A stretch of DNA of 64,000 bases from a virus: the IMG/VR virus record IMGVR_UViG_3300050026_000481, positions 22,815-86,814 of that record. One strand, written 5' to 3'. The translations under genes and the position numbers were made by a program. Below are positions 17,736 to 27,847 of the stretch, in pieces. Below the pieces are notes generated by a model, which was not told the DNA's origin, made no database searches, and was given only the letters and a program-made list of their open reading frames with translations. How positions within the stretch are numbered: the first letter of the stretch is position 1; every line of letters begins with the position of its first letter.

Positions 17736-18465
17736 TTTCGGAAGAAGCAGACGGCCATATGTTCAAGGGTTAGAACGCGTCCTCACCGACGAAGACATCT
17801 TTAAAATCCACGGCATCCAAAACGTCCAAAACAAACCGGCTGAAGAAGAAAAGAAACTCACGCCAATCGAAGCCAAGAATATAATAGTCGGCATCGACCT
17901 CGGTAAGGAAGTAGACCGCACGGTAATCGTTGTCATCCAGCCCACCGGCGAGTACGAAAAACCTATCTACCAAATCCACCGCATCATTCCCGTCGCCCTT
18001 GGCACATCCTACCCGGATATAATCCGTGGACTAGTCGAACTAGACAAACATTTGAGAGAACTAAATGCCAAGGAAATCAGTTATGTGATAGACGCAGGCG
18101 GCGCGGCAGGGGTGGTTGACGCGCTGGAGGAAGAGCTGCCGATGGCTGACGTCTACCGCGTCCACTTGACTGCTGGCCTCAACGTAAACATGACCGGCAT
18201 GAAAATTAGTTTACCGAAAAGAGAAATGGTAACCACTCTTGCTCGCGTCCTCGATGAGCATAGGATTGACGTGGTAAGCACCCGAGATGAAGGCGTCGTG
18301 CTACTTGAGTCAGAACTTAACAATTATCAAATGAAAATAATGGATAGTGGCTACGACAAATACGAAGCCGGCACGGGTCACCATGATGATGCAGTCTGCG
18401 CTCTTGCCGAGGGCCTCTGGTTTTCCGAACATGAGGCGGCAATGGGGCAGGCGAGGCTATTCTGA
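17716..18465 (+). CDS. terL: terminase large subunit, RNase H-like nuclease half
   Basis: VGIDLGKEVDRT, LGTSYP, VIDAGG, LPKREMV, ELNNY, GHHDDAVCALA. Confidence 0.88.
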   Translation: MPINQDDFGRSRRPYVQGLERVLTDEDIFKIHGIQNVQNKPAEEEKKLTPIEAKNIIVGIDLGKEVDRTVIVVIQPTGEYEKPIYQIHRIIPVALGTSYPDIIRGLVELDKHLRELNAKEISYVIDAGGAAGVVDALEEELPMADVYRVHLTAGLNVNMTGMKISLPKREMVTTLARVLDEHRIDVVSTRDEGVVLLESELNNYQMKIMDSGYDKYEAGTGHHDDAVCALAEGLWFSEHEAAMGQARLF

Positions 18466-18662
18466 TGACCCAAGACGAAATGTACACGGCCCTCCTGACG
18501 GCAGACGGCTGGTGGTCGCCGGCGGAACTCGCGGCGGTGGTAGGATGCTCAAGGAAAGTAGCAATGGTCGGATTAAGACGCCTATACAAAAAAAGAGTTG
18601 TCACGCGCGCGCGTACGCTCGCGGCCGGCTGGGGGTACCGTTTGTCTGAGGATTCACAATGA
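18465..18662 (+). CDS. small winged-helix protein
   Basis: WWSPAELAAVVGCSRKVAMVGLRRLYKKRVV. Confidence 0.6.
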   Translation: MTQDEMYTALLTADGWWSPAELAAVVGCSRKVAMVGLRRLYKKRVVTRARTLAAGWGYRLSEDSQ

Positions 18663-21600
18663 CAAAAGCTAAACCATCTAGGAAACGCTTAGCGCTACAC
18701 AAAATAAAATGCCCGACCTGCCTGATGGAATTCACCGTCGCGAATCCAGATAGTTGGGTCTGCCCCTCGTGTTATTCTAGGAAGGTAGCCGGCCTCCCCA
18801 ACAAACCGGCAGAGTACGTGGAGAAAGAAAAGAAGCCAAAGGCATCAAAACACAAAGCACATAAAGGAGTAAACTAATGATAGCACGGGAATGTCCGCTA
18901 AATAAAACCATAGTACACTTCGCCGACGTCGCCGGTGTGTATCCCAAAGGTTGTTTAAATTGCGAGTTCTTAAGAAGCGGCCGGCAGGGCTGCTGGTGCG
19001 GGCATGTGGGAGTACCGAAATGAAAGTAGATATCAGTTGTCCGTCGTGCGCATCCGGACTAAACCTCTTCAACGGAACCGTACTCCCTAACCGATGCCTT
19101 GAAATCAGAGCACACTGTCTCTGTCCTATTTGCGCTAGTAAGTTTGCGGTTACCATCCGAATCGAACGGGAGTTGACCACTGTTAATTACTCAGAAGAAG
19201 AAGGTGATGAACCATTGGCTTAGTCCAACCAGTAGTCCGTTCTATATGGTGCCCATCCATTGCCGCATACGCGCCAATCGAGGATTGTCGAGGCTGCGCA
19301 TCAAACGAAGGGTTTGCTTTCGCCAGGGATACCCATCAATTCGGAATAATCTGCGCGAAATCTATGAAGGGGTTCATTCCTGAGCCTATAAAAGCTCCGC
19401 AATCCAAACCGAAACTACAGGACGACTCGTGGCAATAACCCGAAGGTGAACAATGGACAATGCACTGCGCTGTCCCATGTGTAAAAAACCGGTGATTCCA
19501 AACAGGCACACTATTATAGATACTGATGAAGATGATAAACCGTACATTCTCTGTCCTTGGAGTAATTGCCAGACCAAACTGTTTTTACCGGTTGACCAAT
19601 CTAACGGCGCCTCGAACCCGGGGCTGCATGAGCAGAACCGCCATAGTCTTCGCGACCCCGTTACTGGCAGATTCGTGAGTGAAAAATGACTGAAAAATGG
19701 TACGAAGAATCGGAAAAGTTCAGGGCATTTCTCGAACGCAAGGGGATTCTCAATAAGGATGAACGTATCGAGTGCGAACACTGCGGCCGCCAAAATTATA
19801 ATTTAAAGGTAACCATTCCCTGTAATATCTGTGGTAAACCGTTCCAGCAATGGGCTGACAAACTGTATACATATTTTTGCGAGGCGTGTTCGAAGAGATG
19901 AGTAAGTATCCAATCCTTTTGAAAGAAAACTGCATGACGATGATGAAATGCCCTAAGTATCACGACCACAACCACTATGTATTTTTCTGTCTATCCGATT
20001 GCGAGGATTTCAAAGGCATCCACGACGGCTGCGTGATTTGCTCATACGGACCTAAAGGGAAGTAAAATGATAAGTAAAGACGAAGAACTCCTACACTTAC
20101 GACACCAGCACGACGCCGACCTCCAAGTAATCAAATGGCTGCAGGACAAGGTAAAAGGATTAGCTCAAGAAAACGCCGTACTCAAGAAGCAGTGGCCGCC
20201 AACGGAAACAAGCGTATACCACGACCTCAGCGATTTGGGTTTTACTCCTGTTGATTCCCCAGAAACCGGTGAGAAGTTTGAGGGGGAAAGTGAGTTTGTG
20301 ATTCCAGTTGTAGATACTGGAAAGAAGCCGCGTAAGAAGAGGCGCGAGGCGCCCGAGAGGTAACAAATGGAAGAAGTAATAGACGACGAAAATATTAATA
20401 AGGCCTGTAGGGTTTGTGGTGTCCAACTTACATCAGAAAATAGTTACCCATCTCACCGGGCGAGTGCAAATTGGATATGCAAGTCATGCAATTCAAAAAA
20501 GAACCATCGTTATTGGCTAGAAAATCCAGAATATAGAACGTTTAGTTTTGAAGCTACAAGGAAATGGAGAATCGACAACCCGATTCGCCAGTGGGCTACT
20601 GCATCTTTATTAAATCATAAATTATTAGGTCATAAAATAGAAATTTCTGCGGATGAGTTAGAAATATTAGCTAGAACAACGTTGAATTGCCCGATTTGTG
20701 GAATACTAATTGAATGGACAACCGGAAATGGCCGTAATTGGAACGGTCCGTCGTTAGATAGGCGGGACAATTCTGAAGTTCTTGAAAAAAATAACGTGTG
20801 GCTTATTTGTATGAAATGCAATACGACAAAATCATCTAGAACTATGGGGGAGTTTGTTGAATATTGTGAAAAGGTTGTAAGTAATAAAGAGAGGCTCTTA
20901 AATGACCAATGAAGACCAAGCAGCTCGGAACTTGCTCGTGCAGAACGTCCTCGTGTTAATTGGAATCGCGACTGCGGCAGAGATGAGTCGAGAAGGTCGA
21001 ATGGTGCTACTAGACGGTTTGAAACAAATTATGGGGTATTTATTAGCGCCGAACCCAGCAGAAGTAGAAGTAACCCCACTCTACGGATAAAGATGCCCGA
21101 CACAACCGACGACGTCGAGGAAGCGCAACGCATCGAGCAGGCGGCCATCGGCGGCTGGCTGCACGCACAGGTGGCGTGGCAGGAGGCCCAGGATGAAGCT
21201 ATTGCCGCAATCGCCGACCAACTAGAACAATTGGCGGCTGAGGTAACTAGATTAAAACTCATGTTGTCGGCAGTAGGCATAGAAGACGGCTGGGGGAACC
21301 AATGATAGAATGCCCACTCCGCAATGTGCCTTACGGTGCCTGCTTCGACTGCCGCTACACCGAGCAAGTTGGCTGGTGCGATTATCCGACCCCCGTTGAC
21401 GACCTTATACGTGAAGTCAAGCGTCGCCCCCGCGCGGTTCCACTCTGGATGGGTGCACTCAAAAAATGGTCAACCGAAGTCCACTTAGACGGCCGCCGCT
21501 GGTGCGACCTAAACGGCAACGAGGTTTTTATAATACAACCATCCCTGCAAGGGGCGGCTAATAAGAAGAAGAAGGAGAAAGCGAATGACTGAACAGAAAG

Positions 21601-22238
21601 AAGATAATAAGACGTGTACAGACTGTGGACACTTCATCCTTGCGCAGGAATCGGTTACCGTTGATGTAACAGGAACGGATTTAGTCGCACGAGCGAAGTA
21701 TATCTGCGAGAAAGGATTGGAACTTAATTTCATAGGGTGGTGCGACAGCTTTTATAGTGCCGTTATAGAAGATACCATCACGTGGAAACGCGGCTGGGTT
21801 GACGAGGACTAAGCGATGAGATGCACCGGTTGTAGATTCAAGAGTAATTCAATGTTCAGCGCCGGCAACTATGTATGGTGCGCCTACGACCACGCAACCC
21901 ACCCGCGCGAACACGGCTGCACGCACGGGGAAAAACGCACGCGGCAGCGGCAGAAGGTAGTGGATAATCCGATTATGTTTACGGAGTAAAATATGGAAGA
22001 CGCTATAAGCGAATTTATAGACCCAGAAGATATAAGAAACTGGCACCAGAAGCCAAAGCATGAACGCGCAAGACTGTGGGCACGCGCCAAGAAGCGATGC
22101 AAGGCCATCCCGCGGGAGTATCGACCTAAGTACTTCAGAGGCCGCTCGCTTAAGAAGGATATTCAGAGTACGATTCTTATAGTAATCATCTGGGTTATCT
22201 TGGCTTCACTTGCATTGTCGGCGGGGTTTTTACATTAG
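18659..22238 (+). other. array of about 14 tightly packed microproteins, mostly CxxC zinc-binding
   Basis: ORFs such as 18659-18877, 19453-19689, 19686-19901, 20067-20363, 20902-21090, 21093-21305, 21302-21592, 21585-21812, 21993-22238, coupled by ATGA/TAATG overlaps. Confidence 0.65.
20367..20912 (+). CDS. HNH-type endonuclease
   Basis: CPICG...PSLDRRDN...NNVWLICMKCNTTK. Confidence 0.8.
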   Translation: MEEVIDDENINKACRVCGVQLTSENSYPSHRASANWICKSCNSKKNHRYWLENPEYRTFSFEATRKWRIDNPIRQWATASLLNHKLLGHKIEISADELEILARTTLNCPICGILIEWTTGNGRNWNGPSLDRRDNSEVLEKNNVWLICMKCNTTKSSRTMGEFVEYCEKVVSNKERLLNDQ

Positions 22239-22247
22239 GGTACCTAG

Positions 22248-22730
22248 ATGGGTAACTTCGAAAAGATTAACCAACTTTTTAATGATTATTTCGGTATAAG
22301 TTTAGAGGACAACATGAAAAAGAAAAAGGATGAAGTAGAGATGCACGTAGCATCGCCAAGCGTTGAAGCATGGGGTACAGTTACTAACCCCGCGGTCAGT
22401 ACTGGCAGCTCCGAGCGCGAAGAGCGCATACAGACCTGCGAACGCGCAATATGCGGCGTGCTTGACCGGCTTGATGTAATAGAAGCGCATTCTGAGCAGA
22501 AAGAACACGACCAGATATTCAGGCGGCTCGCGTCAGTTGAAGACCATATCCGCAGTATAGATGTTACTCTTTACGAGTTAAAACACAAAGAACCCGCACC
22601 AATATTCGAAGAACTCGAAGAACGCGGACTCGCCGAACGCTGCGAGGGTGTACTTGTATTAACCATGAAAGGCAGGCAGGTTGCAAGCCTTTTCGATAAC
22701 GGCGAGATTGAGGATATTAGAGGTGATTAA
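22248..22730 (+). CDS. hypothetical protein (coiled coil, possible C-terminal wing)
   Basis: ELEERGLAER...LTMKGRQ. Confidence 0.55.
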   Translation: MGNFEKINQLFNDYFGISLEDNMKKKKDEVEMHVASPSVEAWGTVTNPAVSTGSSEREERIQTCERAICGVLDRLDVIEAHSEQKEHDQIFRRLASVEDHIRSIDVTLYELKHKEPAPIFEELEERGLAERCEGVLVLTMKGRQVASLFDNGEIEDIRGD

Positions 22731-24029
22731 ATGACTGAAAAAATGTTTCATGAAATAAACGGACGAAAGTACTATATGGGTTGTAAGCGCGACCCACCGC
22801 ATAAGGACGCGCCGCTTTTACTAACCCGCGAACAAGAGTTAACCTTGCCAGCGAGTTATATAATCAAAGACCTAACGCCCGTGGGCGACCAGGGGAACGA
22901 AGGGAGCTGCACCGGAAACGCTGGCGACAACGTGTTTAAAATCCGTGACGCCATGGTAAACGGAACGTTTGTTAACGGCGCACGACAGCAGATTTATCAA
23001 TGTGCTCTTGCAAAAGATGGCAACCCCTTCCAGGATGTGGGCTCTAGTCTTAGCACGATAGCGTGGGTCCTCCAAAACAAAGGCGTCGCACCTGAGTCAG
23101 AGTTTCCATACACCGGAGGAATGAAGGGCGCTGTCCCTGCATCTGTCTTAGCAGACGCCGCGAAACACGAGGCCACAAAAGAACTACGCCTCGACGCGAA
23201 TGACGGAAGTACAACTATAGCAAATATAAAAGCAGCGATATCGCCGAACTCGGTTATTCAAAGTAGTTATCCGGTAATGTACGGGTACACTGTATTCGAA
23301 TCGTTCTTTAACACGGGTGGCGATGGCAACATGCCCGCGCCTTCTGGCGGGGTAGCAGGCGGACATGCGAATGTTTTCATTGGTTACGATGACAACCACA
23401 CTGGAAACTACGACGGAAGTAAGGGCGCGTTCCTCAGTAAAAACAGTTGGGGAACCGGCTTCGGCGCGAGCGGGTATTGGTGGATGCCGTATAATTACTT
23501 CCTTGACACAAACGACGGCGTAGGGGATTGCTGGGCAGTAATAAATACCTCGGATTTCAACCCGACGCCAGGGCCAACACCAACACCCCCAAACCCGACG
23601 GGTGTCACCTTTGTCAGCTCGCCCGCCGCCTGCTCTTGGGACACCAATCGCCTTGACCTCTTCGTAGTCGGCTCAGATAACGCCCTCTGGCACCGCGACA
23701 GGGTAGACACTGATTGGTCGGATTGGAGTTCCCTCGCAGGTACGTGTACAAGTGCACCAGCAGCGGTAGCACGAACCGGGCAAATTATCGACATCGTTGT
23801 CCGCGGCTCTGACTCAGCGCTGTGGCACCTACAGTGGACAGGCACCGCATGGGCAAAGTGGACGTCTCTCGGCGGCGTGGTGCTGAAGGGCACAGGGCCT
23901 ACTATTATATCCAAAGACGTAAACAGTCTCGATGTGTTCGTAATCGGCACTGATGATGCCCTCTACCAAAAGACACTTACAGGAACAACGTGGTCCGGGT
24001 GGGTGCAGGTTTCGGCTAAGATTAAGTAG
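22731..24029 (+). CDS. C1A papain-like cysteine peptidase with C-terminal PLL-lectin-like repeats
   Basis: DQGNEGSCTG (Gln/Cys), GGHANVFIGYDD (His), KNSWG (Asn), GYWWMPY; three LD.FV.G.D.ALW repeats. Confidence 0.9.
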   Translation: MTEKMFHEINGRKYYMGCKRDPPHKDAPLLLTREQELTLPASYIIKDLTPVGDQGNEGSCTGNAGDNVFKIRDAMVNGTFVNGARQQIYQCALAKDGNPFQDVGSSLSTIAWVLQNKGVAPESEFPYTGGMKGAVPASVLADAAKHEATKELRLDANDGSTTIANIKAAISPNSVIQSSYPVMYGYTVFESFFNTGGDGNMPAPSGGVAGGHANVFIGYDDNHTGNYDGSKGAFLSKNSWGTGFGASGYWWMPYNYFLDTNDGVGDCWAVINTSDFNPTPGPTPTPPNPTGVTFVSSPAACSWDTNRLDLFVVGSDNALWHRDRVDTDWSDWSSLAGTCTSAPAAVARTGQIIDIVVRGSDSALWHLQWTGTAWAKWTSLGGVVLKGTGPTIISKDVNSLDVFVIGTDDALYQKTLTGTTWSGWVQVSAKIK

Positions 24030-24036
24030 GTCAAAA

Positions 24037-24291
24037 ATGGTTGATAAATGGGACGGTATAGACCCTAAAAGCGGAAACGAGATACCAATAAAGCCAGTGA
24101 ACGGTGAAGCGGGCCCTACGATAGTGGGGCCACCCCACACCGTCGTGAAGTTTAAGGCGTTCTCCGACGACCCCGCACCATTGCAGCCGACCACAGGGGA
24201 TAGAAACTGGGGGCTGTTTGTATTGGTACTAGCGCTAGCAACCGCGTGGTTCATCGGGATGCTGATGCAGGCGCAGTTTCACATTGTATGA
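24037..24291 (+). CDS. small protein with C-terminal transmembrane helix
   Basis: WGLFVLVLALATAWFIGMLM. Confidence 0.55.
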   Translation: MVDKWDGIDPKSGNEIPIKPVNGEAGPTIVGPPHTVVKFKAFSDDPAPLQPTTGDRNWGLFVLVLALATAWFIGMLMQAQFHIV

Positions 24292-26060
24292 CTAAGAAGC
24301 CCAAGCGCACCACCGCACAGCTCGCCCGCCTACGGCAGTTTGAGCAAATGCAACGTGCCTTCAAGAGAGTACAGATACGAGTAAATCAAGTTACCATCAA
24401 CAAAGCGGTGAAGAAAGACAGGGGAAACATACGCGCAATCTTAAAAGGTCATAGCGACACCAACGCAATCAAAAAAGAATTAAACCATTACTTCCGCACG
24501 ACTTCCCCGCAAATCTGGCGCTCGGCGCTTAAGCAGGTTTGGCTGGACGCCGGTGCTGCTTCGATTGAGCTGCATCATGCTTTTTTCACTGGCTCGACGG
24601 AGAAGAGTTACATCGATGAACTAGACGCCGAGCCCGAAGACGAATGGGCCCCACTTCCTGCATTTGATTTCTTTGTTAAGGCCGCAGACCCAACGGATAG
24701 CTGGGCTAATTCAGTTGATGATTACCTTCGCGGGAATGGAGCCGGACGGGCTGACGGGATTAGTTCCACAACCGGAGACCAGGTAATGAATTCAATAGCC
24801 GACGGCGTAGCCGCCAAGGAAGGAACCGCCGATATTGCCGCGCGGGTTGAAGACCAGTTAGATACAACGTGGCCCGGAAGAGCCGAGACGATTGCGCGTA
24901 CGGAGACGGCGGCGGCAACAAATCAGGCTTCTTTAGAAGATGCGCAGGCCACAGTACCCGGTTTAAATAAAACGTGGCTATGTAGTTTTGTTAATTCACG
25001 TGAAGCGCATATGGATGCCGACGGCCAGAGTGTGGCCCAGGATGACCCCTTTGACGTGGACGGAGAGGATTTAGACTACCCCGCCGACCCCAGCGGCAGC
25101 CCCGAGAATGTGATTAATTGTATGTGCTCTATTGGCTACGAGCCGCCGGAAGACGCCACCGCAGCCGAAGAAGGCGAAGCACCCGAACTCACCGACGAGC
25201 AGACGTCTCAACTTGCTGACTTATACGACCAGTTAGCGAGTGGCGAAGGTGAGTTGAGTAGTGAGGAAGCGCAGGCGATGGTTGGGGGGGTTGAGGATAT
25301 TGTTGGCCCTGCTGAAGGCGGCGAGGCGGCGGCCGGGGGTGGGGTGGAATTTCCAGCCGGCGGCTTTGATTCTGTACAGGCCGCGAATGACTACTTAACG
25401 CAAAATGATATAATCTCTGCCGGAGGCATCCCCGAAAGTTATGAGCCAAGCGTCGCGAGCGATATTACAAAAGGGCTCAACAATATTTATTCTGACGATA
25501 GATTCTCCGATATAAAACCGCTTGAGGATATCAAGGAGACGAAGGGACTTGAAAGCTGGGGGTACGCGGCACAAATGCAACGCGGTACTAAAATTGAAAC
25601 CGAAGTGGAGATGGCCGACGGTAGGACAGCAATTCAAAACAGTTATACATCGTTCCTTAACTTACCGACCCACTCAGGTACTGCGGAAGAATGGACAGGG
25701 TATTCTGAATGGTCAAAAGAGACAATCGCTGATACCGGAGCACCGCGTTTAGTCCTCGGCTGGTTGCCGGACGACCAAGCAGCAGAGGCAGCAGCCGAAC
25801 ACGAAATGGGCCACGCCGCGTTCTTTGGATTTGCGCAGCCTGGTAACTCGGCTTCGTTCTCAAGGGAGTTTGTCTATAACCAAAGTGTGTGGACCAACGC
25901 GTGGACGGCTAATAAAGAAGCGTTAGCTGGTCTGAGTGAGTATGCGGCAAAAGACCCGGCGGAAGGTTTTTCTGAAGTCTTTGAGGCATATCAACATCCC
26001 GAACTATGGGATAAGATACCTGGGCCTCTCTTGGATATTGTGAAAGGGTGGTATAGTTAA
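24288..26060 (+). CDS. Mu gpF-like minor head protein with C-terminal zincin metallopeptidase-like extension
   Basis: RAETIARTE, KTWL, REAH...DGQ, YPADPSGSPENVINCMC; C-terminal HEMGH and LSEYAAKDPAEGFSEVF. Confidence 0.85.
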   Translation: MTKKPKRTTAQLARLRQFEQMQRAFKRVQIRVNQVTINKAVKKDRGNIRAILKGHSDTNAIKKELNHYFRTTSPQIWRSALKQVWLDAGAASIELHHAFFTGSTEKSYIDELDAEPEDEWAPLPAFDFFVKAADPTDSWANSVDDYLRGNGAGRADGISSTTGDQVMNSIADGVAAKEGTADIAARVEDQLDTTWPGRAETIARTETAAATNQASLEDAQATVPGLNKTWLCSFVNSREAHMDADGQSVAQDDPFDVDGEDLDYPADPSGSPENVINCMCSIGYEPPEDATAAEEGEAPELTDEQTSQLADLYDQLASGEGELSSEEAQAMVGGVEDIVGPAEGGEAAAGGGVEFPAGGFDSVQAANDYLTQNDIISAGGIPESYEPSVASDITKGLNNIYSDDRFSDIKPLEDIKETKGLESWGYAAQMQRGTKIETEVEMADGRTAIQNSYTSFLNLPTHSGTAEEWTGYSEWSKETIADTGAPRLVLGWLPDDQAAEAAAEHEMGHAAFFGFAQPGNSASFSREFVYNQSVWTNAWTANKEALAGLSEYAAKDPAEGFSEVFEAYQHPELWDKIPGPLLDIVKGWYS

Positions 26061-26228
26061 ATGCAACCAATGTGTATCTGTTTGGATTGTGTGCATCTCG
26101 TTTCGATGGATTCAAAAATTTGCGCAGCGTATCCGTATGGAATACCCGATGAGATATGGGGTGCTAAGGTTCAGCACTTCACACCATACAAGGGGGACCA
26201 CGGCATCGTATTTAAGCCGAAATTGTGA
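26061..26228 (+). CDS. small Cys/His protein following MuF (candidate immunity/partner)
   Basis: 55 aa: CLDCVH...CAAYPYGIPDEI...H..PYKGDHGIVF; starts immediately after the MuF stop. Confidence 0.7.
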   Translation: MQPMCICLDCVHLVSMDSKICAAYPYGIPDEIWGAKVQHFTPYKGDHGIVFKPKL

Positions 26229-26537
26229 GGGGATATGTCAGAAGAAAGATTAAGAAGTGAAAACGAATCGCTCAGACGAAAGTGCGGCCAGCTAATAAAA
26301 CTGTTGACTATCGCGCGAAATGAGTATAACTTCTTAGATTACGAGCCTGCTGATTATTCTAACTTGTCAGAAAAAGGAGGGACCTATGAAAGACAACCTA
26401 TGCGAAGCAATGCTACGCCCCTGCGACGCCCTCCGCGGCGGCAGTGAGTGTCAGATGTGCCAAATAACCTACCTAGTAAAAGAGCTGAGAAAGATAAAGG
26501 ATGAGATTAAACTACTGAACATTCGCTTAATGAAATA

Positions 26538-27044
26538 ATGAAACAAACTTTCGAGCCGAAGCTTACTAAATTATTATCTGGATTCTTCGCGGCCACCGAG
26601 CAGCACGCCCGCGTAATCAGATTGAAGCAGCCGCAGCCATTTGGGTCATACCAGGACTGTGACATCCTTGTCCTCTCAGCACTTGCGCAGTACCGCCTCG
26701 CCATCGAGTGCAAATCCGTCCTAGAACCCGCGCAATCACAAATCTATTTCTCCTCTCATTTCACTATTGATAAAAAAGGCACCCACCAAATAACCCGCAT
26801 GACTGACTTCTGCTCGGAGAGCGGAATGCGGGGAATCCTCGCGGTTGAGCTCCGAAGCGGCAAGAAATGGTCGCCAAGTGAAGTACACTTTGTGCCGTGG
26901 CGCATCGTCCGCCGGTTATACGTTGAAGGCGAGAAAGGATTATCCTATGAAGAGGTTAGGGTCTGGCCTACTTTTTGCAAAGTGAAAGGCGTACCAAACC
27001 TTGACGACTGTTTATCCGGACTTCAGTATAGTATAGACGAGTAG
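26538..27044 (+). CDS. archaeal Hjc-like Holliday junction resolvase
   Basis: FE..L, DILV...LAIECKS, LAVELR PD-(D/E)XK pattern. Confidence 0.7.
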   Translation: MKQTFEPKLTKLLSGFFAATEQHARVIRLKQPQPFGSYQDCDILVLSALAQYRLAIECKSVLEPAQSQIYFSSHFTIDKKGTHQITRMTDFCSESGMRGILAVELRSGKKWSPSEVHFVPWRIVRRLYVEGEKGLSYEEVRVWPTFCKVKGVPNLDDCLSGLQYSIDE

Positions 27045-27059
27045 CTTTTTTAATGGCGA

Positions 27060-27074
27060 TTAACCAGTGTCAAC
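27060..27074. promoter_or_regulatory. 15-bp quasi-palindromic site upstream of TATA box (TTTAAGTA 27103)
   Basis: TTAACCA-G-TGTCAAC. Confidence 0.65.
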
Positions 27075-27234
27075 CAGCAGTAGCTATCATAACTTAACAA
27101 CCTTTAAGTATCATAAGCGTGTATAGGTGTGGTGTAAGTAAGCAACAGCACAAAAAATGCGTCGAAAGACGGAGCACATAAAATGTTGCTAAACTACGCT
27201 AGATAAACAAAAATTAGGAAAAGGTGAAAACAAA

Positions 27235-27516
27235 ATGACTTCGCCAAGGTTTAGGGACGTAAAAGACAAAGACGATATGGAACGCGTCAGAGACGACTTT
27301 ATGACGCAGGGATACACAGTAAAGGAAGAAGGCCAAACGACACTCTTGATGAAGAAAAAATCATGGGGTTCGGCAGCCGGTTGGATTGTAACCCTAATAG
27401 TTGCACTAGTCCTCGCGGTCTTTACCGTGGGATTTAGTTTTATAATCCCGCTGGCATATGCGATTTACGCGCATTACACAGCCCCAGAAGTATTGGTCAG
27501 AATGGTAGCGGCGTAG
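27235..27516 (+). CDS. small membrane protein in its own transcription unit
   Basis: Two hydrophobic helices; own TATA, AGGTGA RBS and terminator GAGGTTG-aat-CAACCTC-TTTT (27520-27545). Confidence 0.75.
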   Translation: MTSPRFRDVKDKDDMERVRDDFMTQGYTVKEEGQTTLLMKKKSWGSAAGWIVTLIVALVLAVFTVGFSFIIPLAYAIYAHYTAPEVLVRMVAA

Positions 27517-27712
27517 GTAGAGGTTGAATCAACCTCTTTTTTCTTTATTACAAAAGGTGAACCATAATGAAACAAGGATTGAAGAAAGTGAAAGAATACG
27601 TACGGGACGTTGCCGCGCTTATACTACTCACGGCGGCATCTGTATTCCTGACACTAGCACGCGTACCTACAGACACAATAACAGACAAAACAAACCGCGA
27701 GAGGATTTTCTA

Positions 27713-27847
27713 ATGAAGAAGCATATCGCTGTTCCAGCCGAAGCGCACGAGTGGCTAAAGCTGCAAGCAAAAGAATTAGGAACGACTATTGGAGAGGTCG
27801 TGCTTGATGTGGTGAGAGCCATAGACGACTACGACTTTAGCGGGTAA
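27713..27847 (+). CDS. ribbon-helix-helix protein
   Basis: KHIAVPAEAHEWLKLQAKELGTTIGEVV. Confidence 0.6.
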   Translation: MKKHIAVPAEAHEWLKLQAKELGTTIGEVVLDVVRAIDDYDFSG

